This document shows positions 9,213 through 18,430 of a stretch of DNA of 64,000 nucleotides, piece after piece. The stretch lies in the IMG/VR virus record IMGVR_UViG_3300035698_015309. One strand, written 5' to 3'. Source of the stretch: a virus (lineage: Duplodnaviria > Heunggongvirae > Uroviricota > Caudoviricetes). The notes beneath the pieces are model-generated. The model did no database searches. It was given only the letters and a program-made list of their open reading frames with translations, and had not been told where the DNA came from. The position numbers were made by a program, and so were the translations under genes. Within the stretch, counting starts at the first letter, position 1; each line of letters begins with the position of its first letter.

Positions 9213-9281
9213 ACCAGTGTCCATCAGCGAACCGCCTGTTCACCACCTGGATCATTGCAGCCTGAGCCATCTCGTCCGTAG
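7773..9281 (+). CDS. tnpB: TnpB (RuvC-like RNA-guided nuclease). Stop codon lost (TAG->CAG in the RE hairpin) giving a ~23-aa read-through into the flank.
   Basis: RuvC-I LGVDVGLNV, RuvC-II VFVVEDLDL, YTSQECPSCG...CRSCG zinc finger, HAD RuvC-III. ~90% identical to the tnpB at 50373. Confidence 0.85.
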   Translation: MKCRIFRLHKDTNRSKIDKLEALHKAYVKYVRICVQTMLNQQTLNLPKAAKQTFFPRATDLTSQIEKIARDHAIQIVSAWAKATYARKLKPTITNLKHDGTLTDQDAKALCVIGLKSISKPWEFITQDHLDAYHTLLDTYGGNKPIVRDNLPMRLSEMTARLEDTTKAPLGGFWLRVSSLEARKSVWLPLVGNPYIQQADQVNKGISARKTKKGFWRFEAVSKAEWTIPEAQEDWPKLGVDVGLNVLAATSDGVTYGEHVKPKFDKLYARVRNLRANRQRQDLKDNSPKLDHLESKLSGLIKTETGRVVNTLIVRHPETVFVVEDLDLRGCRGQKRFAYRALQTNLERKAPTEKVNPAYTSQECPSCGYIHRGNRSSIRFHCRSCGRKAHADWVGSSGVLRRSEDEHIKAGDHPRGVKRVLRERFRVKRTSSLGFGRKEQPSFEPLPLGQRLTTVGSESFGSGTASNLMPVTFQQVLRNGTSVHQRTACSPPGSLQPEPSRP

Positions 9282-9371
9282 TGGCATCATAGTACAGGTC
9301 CCCGTGCTTTTCCCTGAAAACCAGTAGACGTCCGGTTACGGTCGATTTGTCGGTCATTGAGAACCTCCGTC

Positions 9372-9534
9372 GTGTGTACCGACCAGCTTATTAAACTACC
9401 ACTCAGTCGGTGGAATTGAACCACACCTTGGCTTTATCAGAGCCACGCTCGAACACGAGCTACGACCTTGTAGTAGGACTGGCTACCTACATCTTCGGTT
9501 TATCAGACCGCTGTTCTAGCCGGTCGGTACACAC
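9372..9534 (-). other. structured element bounded by a perfect 13-bp inverted repeat (GTGTGTACCGACC / GGTCGGTACACAC), immediately downstream of a minus-orientation promoter motif (9535-9565)
   Basis: Internal hairpins GCTCG-TGTT-CGAGC and GGCT-CTGATAA-AGCC, a T-loop-like GTGG-TTCAATT-CCAC, and a duplicated CTGATAA. Confidence 0.3.
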
Positions 9535-9603
9535 TGTCTACTCAGAGAGGTTCCGAGATGATCCCTTTTGCTCGGTACGGTAGAGAAACACAGGAGGAAG
9601 ACC

Positions 9604-9921
9604 ATGCCGGATATTCACATTCTCACAGCAACAGACCACACGCCGGAACAGGTTCAGGCGTTCCGGGACGAGGTCGCCAAAGCCTCGCAGGATCCTGACT
9701 ACATCGTGGTCACCAACTTCGACGTCACCCTACAGACTGTAGAACAGCAGGAGGGGATGGTCCCCCTGGTTACTGCGGAGGGAGCCGACGCTGACGAGTT
9801 GGAGGCCCTGATGAAGGATTTGGACAGGGCGAGGAAGGATCCCTCCTACATCGTCGTGACCCATCTGGACGTCTATGTTGTCCACCTTCCGGTCCTGCCG
9901 CCAGTACCCACCACGGACTAA
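9604..9921 (+). CDS. small protein with an internal duplication (DPDYIVVTNFDV / DPSYIVVTHLDV), immediately upstream of cas3
   Basis: Start MPDIHIL after an AGGAGGAAG RBS. 106 aa. Confidence 0.45.
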   Translation: MPDIHILTATDHTPEQVQAFRDEVAKASQDPDYIVVTNFDVTLQTVEQQEGMVPLVTAEGADADELEALMKDLDRARKDPSYIVVTHLDVYVVHLPVLPPVPTTD

Positions 9922-9956
9922 CTCGACACATCTGACGAGATCCCAGTCCCCCAATT

Positions 9957-9982
9957 GATCATCGCCGGTCTTCCCCGAGTAG
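9957..9982 (+). promoter_or_regulatory. GATCATC-N13-GAGTAG promoter-like motif in front of the cas operon
   Basis: tGATCATCgccggtcttccccGAGTAGctgtgtgtataggggggacagATG; same two-box motif as upstream of >25 other genes. Confidence 0.4.
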
Positions 9983-10004
9983 CTGTGTGTATAGGGGGGG
10001 ACAG

Positions 10005-12365
10005 ATGCCCAACTGGAACCGAATAGCCCACAGCGCCAGCAAAGTAACCGGCAAGGTCCAAACGATGGTGGAACATCTGTTGGGGGTTGAAGCGCTGACT
10101 CTCCGTTTCCTGGGCACCCACTTCCCACCCCAGCACGTCAGAGAGGTTTCTTTCGCCAGCCGGGGGCATGACATCGGCAAATACAGTCCCCTGTTCCCTG
10201 ATGTACTGAACGGGGTAGCCCGAGGGGTGCTGGATCATTCCTCACCTGGAGCCTGGGTTGCTTACGACCGAGGATCCCTCCTCGCTTCCCTGTTGATCGC
10301 CGGACACCATAGGGGTCTGCCGGATTTCTCACGCGTCTATTTGGGGTGTGTCCTACGCCCCTCTGCACAGCCGATGGGTAGCGGGACTCATCCTAACCCC
10401 GGTGTCTTCCATGTCTATCCGGGGCCAGCGAAAGACTTGTTGGTTCCCCTACGTGAGGATGGCATCGAGCTTCCTGAAATCAATATAAATGATGATGAGA
10501 CCTTCTTTTCTTTTTCTGAACTGGTGAAAGGCTGGCAGTTGTCCATTGCCAAGGGCTTGGATGTCCGAATGGCCTTTTCTGCGCTCGTTGACGCCGACTT
10601 CCTGGACACCGCCGAGCACTTCAAACCAGGGCGCACCTGTCCCAACCCCCCGTTGGACGCCGGTCTCGCCCTTGACGTTTTGAACAAATACATCGACGGC
10701 CTCAGTGCCAAGAGCAAACGCAGCGATGGTGCTTCCCCTGTGGTGCAACAGGAACGGGACCGTCTACGACAGGACTGCCTCAGAGCCGCCCAGGGGCCTC
10801 CAGGACGCATTTTGACCTGTACAGCCCCCACCGGTGTAGGCAAAACTCTAGCGCTGGTCTCGTTCGCCCTGGCGCACTGTCAGGCCCACCAACTTAAACG
10901 GGTGATCATCGCTGTACCCTACAAAAGCATCATTCAACAGACGGCGAAAACCCTGAAGGAGCTTTTCAAGGACCGGGCCTTCGGTCCCCACTTTGTGTTG
11001 GAGCATCACACGGACGCCACGCAGTGGGTCGAAGAGGAGGATCTCCAACAGGATGGTAGATCAAATGAGATTGACCGACGAGGGCTCACTGAAAACTGGG
11101 ATGCACCAATCATCCTCACCACGAACGTTCAACTATTGGAGTCCTTGTTTTCCAATCGGCCAGGGAGATGCCGGAAACTCCACAACATCCAGGACTGCGT
11201 GATCATTTTTGATGAGGGCCAGTCTTTGCCCAGCCACCTTATGCTCCCCACAATAGCAATGCTCGACCGACTCAGCCGTCAGTATCAGGTCACGGTGGTG
11301 TCTGCCACGGCCACCCAGCCTGCCTTCCAGAGCATCCTGCCTCAGGTAGAAACACTCGTGGGGGAACCGCTCCAGCCCTACGAGGAGATTGCCTCCGCCC
11401 CCGTAGCCTCGGCCAAGGCGATGGTCCGCAACAAGTTTCACTGGCCGCACAACGACGACGAGAGGTGGACCTGGGCGCAGTTGGCTGACCGGGTGTGTTC
11501 GGAAAGGATGTCAAACCTCGTGCTTCTCAACAGGAAGGACCATGCGGAAGCGGCCTGGAGGGAAATACAGACACGGTGGGGGGCGGATCGAGCTATCTAT
11601 TTGACTTCCAACCTGTGTCCAGCCCACCGGAAGGGGCTACTCAAAGAGGTGGTTCGTCGGTTGAAGACCGTTGGGGACTACTTCGTTCTGGCAGCTACTC
11701 CTTGTGTGAACTCAGGGACGGACTTCGACTTCAACAGGGGCTTCCCGGCCATGGGACCGTTGGATGGGACGGCACAAACCGCTGGGCGGGTAAACCGGGA
11801 GGGCTTGCGGGTACTAGGGGACATCTTCGTTTTCCGCCCGGACGTTGAATACAAGGACATGTTCCCGCATGACGAGTGGTTCCAGGCTGCTGCCCGGATC
11901 ACGGAGCGGTTCCTCCGGCGCTACGGACAACGTCTCGACCCGACGAACCCGGAAATCTTGACCCAGTACTATGAGGCCCTCTATCGGGAAGCAGGGCTAG
12001 ATCACCCGGCCACCAAAAAGATCATCGAGGCGTACCAGGAGGGTTCCTTCGAGAAGGTCAGTCGACGCTACCGGGTCATTCCCGACAAAGGGGTCCAGGT
12101 CGTCGTTCCCTACCTGGAAGGAGGGTGTGGGGAGCAGTACAGGAAACTCAACAAGGAGCGGCCCACCCGGAAAAGCTTCCGGATGTGGATGAACCGAGCG
12201 GCCCTGCTATCGGTCTCTGTTCTGTCACTGAAGAAGGATCACCCCCTCTGGCTCAGCCTTGACCCCGTCACGCTGAAAAGGAAGGACGGCTCCATCACCG
12301 AAACGGGCTGGTACATCTGCACTGACCCAAGAGCCTACCACCCGGAACTTGGGCTGGTGCAATGA
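10005..12365 (+). CDS. cas3: Cas3 (HD nuclease + SF2 helicase)
   Basis: HD motifs (HDIGKYSPLF, IAGHHRG). Walker A CTAPTGVGKT. DEAD-like IFDEGQS. Start ATG 10005 after a GGGGGGG RBS; the listed GTG at 9987 lies inside the promoter motif. Confidence 0.9.
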   Translation: MPNWNRIAHSASKVTGKVQTMVEHLLGVEALTLRFLGTHFPPQHVREVSFASRGHDIGKYSPLFPDVLNGVARGVLDHSSPGAWVAYDRGSLLASLLIAGHHRGLPDFSRVYLGCVLRPSAQPMGSGTHPNPGVFHVYPGPAKDLLVPLREDGIELPEININDDETFFSFSELVKGWQLSIAKGLDVRMAFSALVDADFLDTAEHFKPGRTCPNPPLDAGLALDVLNKYIDGLSAKSKRSDGASPVVQQERDRLRQDCLRAAQGPPGRILTCTAPTGVGKTLALVSFALAHCQAHQLKRVIIAVPYKSIIQQTAKTLKELFKDRAFGPHFVLEHHTDATQWVEEEDLQQDGRSNEIDRRGLTENWDAPIILTTNVQLLESLFSNRPGRCRKLHNIQDCVIIFDEGQSLPSHLMLPTIAMLDRLSRQYQVTVVSATATQPAFQSILPQVETLVGEPLQPYEEIASAPVASAKAMVRNKFHWPHNDDERWTWAQLADRVCSERMSNLVLLNRKDHAEAAWREIQTRWGADRAIYLTSNLCPAHRKGLLKEVVRRLKTVGDYFVLAATPCVNSGTDFDFNRGFPAMGPLDGTAQTAGRVNREGLRVLGDIFVFRPDVEYKDMFPHDEWFQAAARITERFLRRYGQRLDPTNPEILTQYYEALYREAGLDHPATKKIIEAYQEGSFEKVSRRYRVIPDKGVQVVVPYLEGGCGEQYRKLNKERPTRKSFRMWMNRAALLSVSVLSLKKDHPLWLSLDPVTLKRKDGSITETGWYICTDPRAYHPELGLVQ

Positions 12366-12459
12366 AAAAGTCTGCGGACAGGGGTTCCTTTTGCGACTTC
12401 ATTGAGTAGTAAGAAGTGCCGCCGAAGAAACTCGGCTGGATAAACAGACGGAGGGACAG

Positions 12460-13131
12460 ATGAAAAAAGGTATGCTGCACGGGTTGGAAGTGTGGGGGGA
12501 CAATGCCTGCTTCTCCCGCCCAGAGGTGACGGAGCGGACCACCTACCCCATCCCAACCCACTCAGCCTGTCGGGGGATCTTCGACGCTATCTACTGGAAA
12601 AGGTCCGCCAACTTCTACTGGCAGATCGTCGGGGTAGAGGTTGTGAACCCGATCCGGTACATGGGGATCATGCGGAACGAGATGAAAGACAAGGTCACCC
12701 GCCGCACTCTTCAGGTTGATCTTACAACCCAGAAGCACCGGACCCAAAAGCACACCAGGACTCTCCTGGACCCCCGGTACCGCATCTTCGCACGGGCGGT
12801 CTGCCGGAATCCTGATGGGAACACCAACGCCATCGACGCCCAATTCCGTCGTCGGGCGGAGAGGGGCCAATGTTTCCACCAGCCCTTCTTAGGTTGCAAG
12901 GAGTTTATGGCCAACTTCCAGCTTGTCCCGGTGGATGAGCATGATCCATCACAGGGACTCGCAGACCTTCAGGTGGACGTGGGGGTGATGGTCTACGACA
13001 CCTTCAATCTGCTGGTGCCCGATGGAGATCCTTCGGTCAGCGTGTTCCACGCACAGATCAAGGATGGGGCCGTGGCCTACCCGGAGTTCACTGATAGTGC
13101 CGCCGTGTTCCGGCCAGGGGGTGCAGCATGA
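12460..13131 (+). CDS. cas5: Cas5c (Cas5d) type I-C pre-crRNA endoribonuclease subunit
   Basis: 223 aa directly after cas3. GLEVWGDNACFSRPE...YWKR resembles Cas5d N-terminal blocks. ATGA overlap with cas8c. Confidence 0.8.
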   Translation: MKKGMLHGLEVWGDNACFSRPEVTERTTYPIPTHSACRGIFDAIYWKRSANFYWQIVGVEVVNPIRYMGIMRNEMKDKVTRRTLQVDLTTQKHRTQKHTRTLLDPRYRIFARAVCRNPDGNTNAIDAQFRRRAERGQCFHQPFLGCKEFMANFQLVPVDEHDPSQGLADLQVDVGVMVYDTFNLLVPDGDPSVSVFHAQIKDGAVAYPEFTDSAAVFRPGGAA

Positions 13132-14960
13132 GTGGTATCGGACAGAGCCTCCTCAACTATGCCGCACACTATATGCCCCAGCAGGCTCCGGTGGGGTACG
13201 AGTACCTGACCGTCGTGGAAACCGTAGTGTGCCTGACCCCGGACGGGAAGTACCAGGACTGTCACCTCAGGGACACCAAGACGGCCTCCCCGATCCTGAC
13301 ACCTCGGGTGCCCTCCAATTTGCTCAGGGCCACGCCCCCCAAGACTCACTTCTTCATCGGGTATGTCCCCCAGGTGTTCCCTCTCCTCGTGGCCGAACCG
13401 CACGACAACACCAAGAACGAGGTGAAGAGGGGCCTCTTCCTGGAGCAGATCAGAACGGTCATCAAGGAGGTTCCCTGCACTCGGAAGTACCTGACCCCCA
13501 TCCAGACCTTCCTGGAGGACGACGAGCAGGTCGCCCTTGTGGTTCAGGCTCTGACGAAGATGGAGGCAGACCTCAAGCGGGCTGTGATCTTCCAGACCGA
13601 GGGGAAGAAACTCGGCATCCCGTTCCAGGACAAGAAGGAATGGCGGGAGTGGTGGGCGACCTACCTTTCAGGAGCGGACAAAAAGAAGAAGACCAGCGAT
13701 AAGACGTTCCGCTGCGTCGTCACCGGGGACGAGATCACGAACCCCTGCCGCATCCATCCTGACGGCATTGCCTTCGGCACAACGAAGACGAAGCTGGTTG
13801 CCGCCAAGCAGACCTCCAGTCACCACTATGGCCAGGAGTCTGGCCTCGTTGCTCCGATGTCAGACCAGACGGCGAGCACAATGACCCAGGCTCTGGTTCA
13901 TGCCGCCCAAAACGCCGGGACGGCCTTTGGGGATCTTCGAATCCTTGTGTGGGCTTGTTCCAGGGGAGAAACCCTTACGGGGAAGGCTGGACTGCTGGCG
14001 GGCCAAGGGCCGGTTCTTGAAGGGGGCGAGTGGACCCAGATCCTGTCCGACGTTATGTCCGACCTCTTGAACTCGGGATTGACGGATGGGGAACTCCGGG
14101 GTGCCACCCGGAAGGTGAAGGAATACCTGGACACGGGCACCGGACCGGGAGGTGTCCTAGACATGGACTGCACCTTGGGCATCGTTTCTAGCAACGGTCC
14201 CCGGTTGGCTGTCCGGCACTGGGAGACTGGACCCCTGTCCGTCCTGTTCAAGAACATCTATCGATGGTATCAGGATATGACCATCAGCAACAACCGCAAT
14301 GACACGGGGATCGCCCGCCTTTCTGCACTCTGGCAGATCCTTTCCGCTGTCAACGGCCCAAGGGGCAAAGCTTCCGAACTGGAGCGTGAGATGCTCGTTC
14401 AGGTAGCCCTGCGGGGCCAGTCGGTCCCAATGAGCATTGTCAAAAAGGCCCTGGTGCAGTTCCGGTCACAGTTGCACCTGTCCATCAAACCGTCAACCAA
14501 CATGGGGATCGCTCCGGCATTGCCGGGAATCCTCAAAACCTTCATCAACAGGAGAGGGAACACCATGTGTGAAGCAGGATTGAACAAGGACCACCCGAGT
14601 GTGGCGTACCAGTGTGGGCGGTTGTTGTCCGTCCTGTCCGAACTCCAGAGCCTCGCCATCGGTGGGAGGAACCCCCCGATGGCCCTGGCTGCTCAGTTCT
14701 CGTCCGCAACGATGCAGAACCCGGCCCGTGCGCTGGCCCGGTTACTGCTCCGTTCCGAGAAGCACGTCAACAAGCTCGTCCGACAGGGAAAGGGATGGGC
14801 GGATCACAAACGGCAGGAGATCGTCGACCGCCTGCCCACAGACCTTCCGACCCGCCTCGGCATCGAGGATCAAGCTTTGTTTGCCATGGGGTTGCTCCAC
14901 CAGCGCTCGTCCTGGAAGAAGCAGGACAAGCCCGCAGGGACACCCCCGATTAAGGCATAG
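13128..14960 (+). CDS. cas8c: Cas8c (Csd1) large subunit
   Basis: 610 aa between cas5 and cas7 in canonical I-C order. Size typical. No closer motif recognised by eye. Confidence 0.75.
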   Translation: MSGIGQSLLNYAAHYMPQQAPVGYEYLTVVETVVCLTPDGKYQDCHLRDTKTASPILTPRVPSNLLRATPPKTHFFIGYVPQVFPLLVAEPHDNTKNEVKRGLFLEQIRTVIKEVPCTRKYLTPIQTFLEDDEQVALVVQALTKMEADLKRAVIFQTEGKKLGIPFQDKKEWREWWATYLSGADKKKKTSDKTFRCVVTGDEITNPCRIHPDGIAFGTTKTKLVAAKQTSSHHYGQESGLVAPMSDQTASTMTQALVHAAQNAGTAFGDLRILVWACSRGETLTGKAGLLAGQGPVLEGGEWTQILSDVMSDLLNSGLTDGELRGATRKVKEYLDTGTGPGGVLDMDCTLGIVSSNGPRLAVRHWETGPLSVLFKNIYRWYQDMTISNNRNDTGIARLSALWQILSAVNGPRGKASELEREMLVQVALRGQSVPMSIVKKALVQFRSQLHLSIKPSTNMGIAPALPGILKTFINRRGNTMCEAGLNKDHPSVAYQCGRLLSVLSELQSLAIGGRNPPMALAAQFSSATMQNPARALARLLLRSEKHVNKLVRQGKGWADHKRQEIVDRLPTDLPTRLGIEDQALFAMGLLHQRSSWKKQDKPAGTPPIKA

Positions 14961-15020
14961 TCTCTAATGGCCTAAGGTGGGCCTTAGAGTTGGATTAGGC
15001 ATAAAGTGAGGAGAAGTATC

Positions 15021-16031
15021 ATGAAGGATCTTTTGATGTGGCTGAAGAGTGGGACGGCGGCAATCGGATACAGGTTCGAGATCTTGTTCCTGTTCGATTG
15101 TCTGATGGGGAATCCCAACGGTGACCCCGACTTCGGCAACCTGCCCCGGACCATCCCGGACACGGGACACGGGTTCGTCACCGACGTCGCCATCAAGCGG
15201 CGTCTCCGCAACTACGTGAGTCTCCGCAAGGCAGGCAAGACCCCGTACCAGATTTTGCTGATGATGAACACCTGTACCAACAGGCTCATCGCCAAGGCCC
15301 ACGAGGACTCCCACGGGACCGTCCCGGCGAAGGCTACCAAGCAGGAGGAGCGGGCGGCGGGTGACCGGATGTGCCAGGACTATTGGGATGTCCGCACCTT
15401 CGGCGGTGTTCTCAACACAGGTGCCAAGGCGGGCCAGATTCGTGGACCCGTCCAGGTGGTGAGTGCCCGGTCCCTCGATCCGGTATCCATCCAGGAGATC
15501 ACCATCACCCGCATGACCGACACCAAGGGCTCCCCTGATCCCAAGAAGGTCAAGACCCCCAAGGATCAGGGTTTCTCCTCCGCCCAGTGGCAGGAGTATG
15601 AGGACGGGGCCGAGGCGGCGGCTCTCCGCACGATGGGAACCAAGGCGATCATCCCCTACGGTCTCTTCGCTGCCAACATCACGGTGAGCGCTTTCGTGGC
15701 GGAACAGACGGGCTTCTCGGCGGAGGATCTGGCCCTGATGATCGAGGGTCTGGAAAACATGTACGACCATGATCGGACCTCCAGCAAGGGTTTGATGACC
15801 TGTCGGGGCATCTACATCTTCAAGCACGTCGGGACGGCGGACGACCCCGAAGAGCGGGCACAGCAGGCCAAGCTCGGGTGCGCCCCGGCCCATAAGCTGC
15901 TGGACAACGGACGCATCGTGACTGTGGTCAAAAAGGACGGGGTAGAGGCCCCGATGTCCTTCGACGACTACACTGTCACCGTGGACGAGTCCAAGCTCCC
16001 GGAAGGTGTCGAGTTCCGGGCCATCCAGTAA
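15021..16031 (+). CDS. cas7: Cas7c (Csd2) backbone subunit
   Basis: MGNPNGDPDFGNLPR signature near the N-terminus. AGGAG RBS before ATG 15021. Last cas gene before the leader and array. Confidence 0.85.
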   Translation: MKDLLMWLKSGTAAIGYRFEILFLFDCLMGNPNGDPDFGNLPRTIPDTGHGFVTDVAIKRRLRNYVSLRKAGKTPYQILLMMNTCTNRLIAKAHEDSHGTVPAKATKQEERAAGDRMCQDYWDVRTFGGVLNTGAKAGQIRGPVQVVSARSLDPVSIQEITITRMTDTKGSPDPKKVKTPKDQGFSSAQWQEYEDGAEAAALRTMGTKAIIPYGLFAANITVSAFVAEQTGFSAEDLALMIEGLENMYDHDRTSSKGLMTCRGIYIFKHVGTADDPEERAQQAKLGCAPAHKLLDNGRIVTVVKKDGVEAPMSFDDYTVTVDESKLPEGVEFRAIQ

Positions 16032-16227
16032 GGCCCTTTGCGAGCGGTTCCGTGGCGACGAAAACCCCGGAGTCGCTCGCAACCCAGAAAACCCCGTGAT
16101 CTGGGGTCGTTATACCGCAGCCGTTCTTTGATAACCGAACCAAACGGCTTGAAAAGTGACGGTTGGGAAGGACCGCTCGCAAAGGGGGCGGGAAAGCTGC
16201 GTCCCACAACGGTTTGCGAGGGGCACT

Positions 16228-17418
16228 GTCGCATCCTCTAACAAAGGATGCGTGGATTGAAACAGAGAGTACGTGCAGGCGTCCAGCGGGCTCAAGCCAA
16301 CGGAAAGTCGCATCCTCTAACAAAGGATGCGTGGATTGAAACGTTACTGCCCGCATGACACCCCGGATGAGATCACCAGTCGCATCCTCTAACAAAGGAT
16401 GCGTGGATTGAAACACTGTGGACCTGGCGGGGAAGAAGCCGACCTATGGTGGTGTCGCATCCTCTAACAAAGGATGCGTGGATTGAAACTTTCAAACAGC
16501 GACCCAGTCGAGTGCGACTTGGTGGGTGTCGCATCCTCTAACAAAGGATGCGTGGATTGAAACAAGTGCCTCGCCGTCAAGGATCCAGAGGGGAAGCTGA
16601 AGTCGCATCCTCTAACAAAGGATGCGTGGATTGAAACAGGCCCACAGAACGGCTCCCACGGCCTGGGGACGCCGTGTCGCATCCTCTAACAAAGGATGCG
16701 TGGATTGAAACGCTCAGAGGACTGCTCGACGGGACAAGACGGTCTTCCTCGTCGCATCCTCTAACAAAGGATGCGTGGATTGAAACTCGAAGTTGGGCGA
16801 AATCCAGGAATGACGGTCACAAGTCGCATCCTCTAACAAAGGATGCGTGGATTGAAACAATCCGATGACACTTCCCTTTCCTGTCCGCCCTTGGAGCGTC
16901 GCATCCTCTAACAAAGGGTGCGTGGATTGAAACGAGATCCCCCTTGCGACTCCCGCCCTGAAGGCGCTGGCGAAGTCGCATCCTCTAACAAAGGGTGCGT
17001 GGATTGAAACGTAAGCGAACTCCACCCCTGGTCCGTGGGTGACCGGTCGCATCCTCTAACAAAGGGTGCGTGGATTGAAACGCAGTGAGCCAGCGCCCCA
17101 CGAGCCATGCCTGCCTTACTGTCGCATCCTCTGAAAAAAGGATGCGTGGATTGAAACTAAATCCGATTTACGGGGAACTGGCTGGTCGGCTCACGTCGCA
17201 TCCTCTAACAAGGGGTGCGTGGATTGAAACGCTGATTCGGACTGATCCCTGAGAAGGCGCAACCCTGCCGTCGTACCATCTAACAAGGGGATGCGTGGAT
17301 TGAAACGAAACCGCAGCGAGGCAGAAGGGGTCACTCCCTCACGGGTGTGTGGATTGAAACATTAGGGTAGTAAGTGTAGACAACCTCGTCGTTCCCATGA
17401 GGGGGCGTGGATTGAAAC
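16228..17418 (+). CRISPR. Type I-C CRISPR array: 15 well-conserved 36-37-nt repeats (GTCGCATCCTCTAACAAAGGATGCGTGGATTGAAAC) plus 2 degenerate terminal repeats. Spacers 35-43 nt. Leader at 16035-16227.
   Basis: Repeat starts 16228, 16307, 16379, 16454, 16528, 16602, 16676, 16751, 16823, 16898, 16975, 17046, 17121, 17195, 17270; degenerate ends at 17360 and 17418. Distal repeats carry GGATGC->GGGTGC/GGGGTGC variants. Repeat ends in the I-C-typical GTGGATTGAAAC. Confidence 0.95.
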
Positions 17419-17501
17419 ATCGGTGATCCAGTTATACTCCCGATCCAGGCACGCCCCTTCCCCTAGAACGGAGTAGACAAGGGGCCTGAAAGGAGGTTCA
17501 A

Positions 17502-18401
17502 ATGATGACGCTTTGGATGAAACTGGCGGTCTTAGCCGTCCTGGGGACAACGACCCCGGAGCAGACCACCCACCCTGCATATACCCCGTACTCTTACGAC
17601 CAGACCCTCACTGCAGTGGCGGAGACCATCACAGCGGAAGAGGCTGAGTTGATCCTCACCGTTGACGTGGAGGAGGAGATCAACTACTGGATGATCAAGG
17701 AGCACTTCGGGTTCGATGACACCGTAATAGAGGACATCCTACATGTGGCCTTGCACACGGCAGAGGAGCCGATGCTCATCGCCCACATTGTTTCCACGGA
17801 AAGCGGTGGGGACCGTGACGTCATCAACTACTGTAAGGTGTGGGGTGAGCCCTTCTACAACGAGAGCAAAGAACGCTGGGAGAAGAAGTGCGTCAAGCTC
17901 GGCTCCTGCTACACGAACTGCCGGAAAAAGCGGCATGTTTGGAGGAACCACCTCGACGTCGGTCTGTATCAGCTTCGGGACGTGGTCGAGCGGGTCGGTG
18001 GCCCTGAGGACTCCAAGCGGTTCTGCGGGTGGTCCTGGTTGCGAGACTTTGAACGGGACACGGGTCGGGATGTGTCCTCTGAGTGCGCCCTGGAGCGTTT
18101 CTGTGCCCGTGACGCAATGATCCACGCCGTACACACCCTCCGGGAGGAACAGCTTGCAGCGGCCCACAGGGGCGTTGGTAAGGCCAACTGCCGGGGTCTC
18201 CCTGACGAATGGAAGTGGATGGGCCTGTGGAACGGTTGCAAGAGCGCCAGGAACCATGCAGACCACACTGCTCCCCTGGTTGAGATGCGGGACTTCCACG
18301 TCCGTCTGACGATGTTGCGGTACCGTATTGATGAGATTGCCGAGAAATGGCCGCTCTTGGGCTACCTCATTGTGCCCCTGAAAGGACAAAAGGTAGTTTG
18401 A
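17502..18401 (+). CDS. secreted protein with lytic-transglycosylase (SLT)-like motifs
   Basis: Signal-like N-terminus MMTLWMKLAVLAVLG. IVSTESGG...DVGLYQL resembles the SLT ES...GLMQ. GAGTAGAC plus AGGAGG upstream. Confidence 0.45.
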   Translation: MMTLWMKLAVLAVLGTTTPEQTTHPAYTPYSYDQTLTAVAETITAEEAELILTVDVEEEINYWMIKEHFGFDDTVIEDILHVALHTAEEPMLIAHIVSTESGGDRDVINYCKVWGEPFYNESKERWEKKCVKLGSCYTNCRKKRHVWRNHLDVGLYQLRDVVERVGGPEDSKRFCGWSWLRDFERDTGRDVSSECALERFCARDAMIHAVHTLREEQLAAAHRGVGKANCRGLPDEWKWMGLWNGCKSARNHADHTAPLVEMRDFHVRLTMLRYRIDEIAEKWPLLGYLIVPLKGQKVV

Positions 18402-18430
18402 AGCAGGGCAGACGCAATATAAAGAGTCGA

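Noticed and set aside
9185-9358. 57-aa minus-strand ORF (MTDKSTVTGRLL...) between the structured element and the tnpB RE
   Set aside because: Its last 10 codons are the reverse complement of the tnpB RE, so it is either a truncated remnant or chance. Below the ORF-track threshold and no homology.
9380-9460. Possible tRNA gene on the minus strand (GGTTCAATTCC-like T-loop)
   Set aside because: Only a 4-bp T-stem. No acceptor stem, D-arm or 7-nt anticodon loop could be built. Treated as part of a structured element instead.
14964-16082. 372-aa minus-strand ORF antisense to cas7 (similar long antisense ORFs occur at 398..1351, 505..1224 and 21815..22525)
   Set aside because: High-GC antisense shadow ORFs. 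They overlap strongly supported sense genes, have no RBS or motif, and their Gly/Arg/Pro-rich composition is typical of out-of-frame GC-rich DNA.
15976-17108. Several minus-strand ORFs (15976..16416, 16110..16313, 16464..16682, 16714..17052, 16908..17108) containing repeated FQSTHPLLEDAT / SIHASFVRGCD peptides
   Set aside because: They are translations of the CRISPR repeats, and the periodic peptides correspond to each repeat copy.
17325-17418. Two extra full CRISPR repeats at the array end
   Set aside because: Only the 3' 12-14 nt (GTGGATTGAAAC) are conserved. Treated as degenerate trailer repeats rather than functional units.
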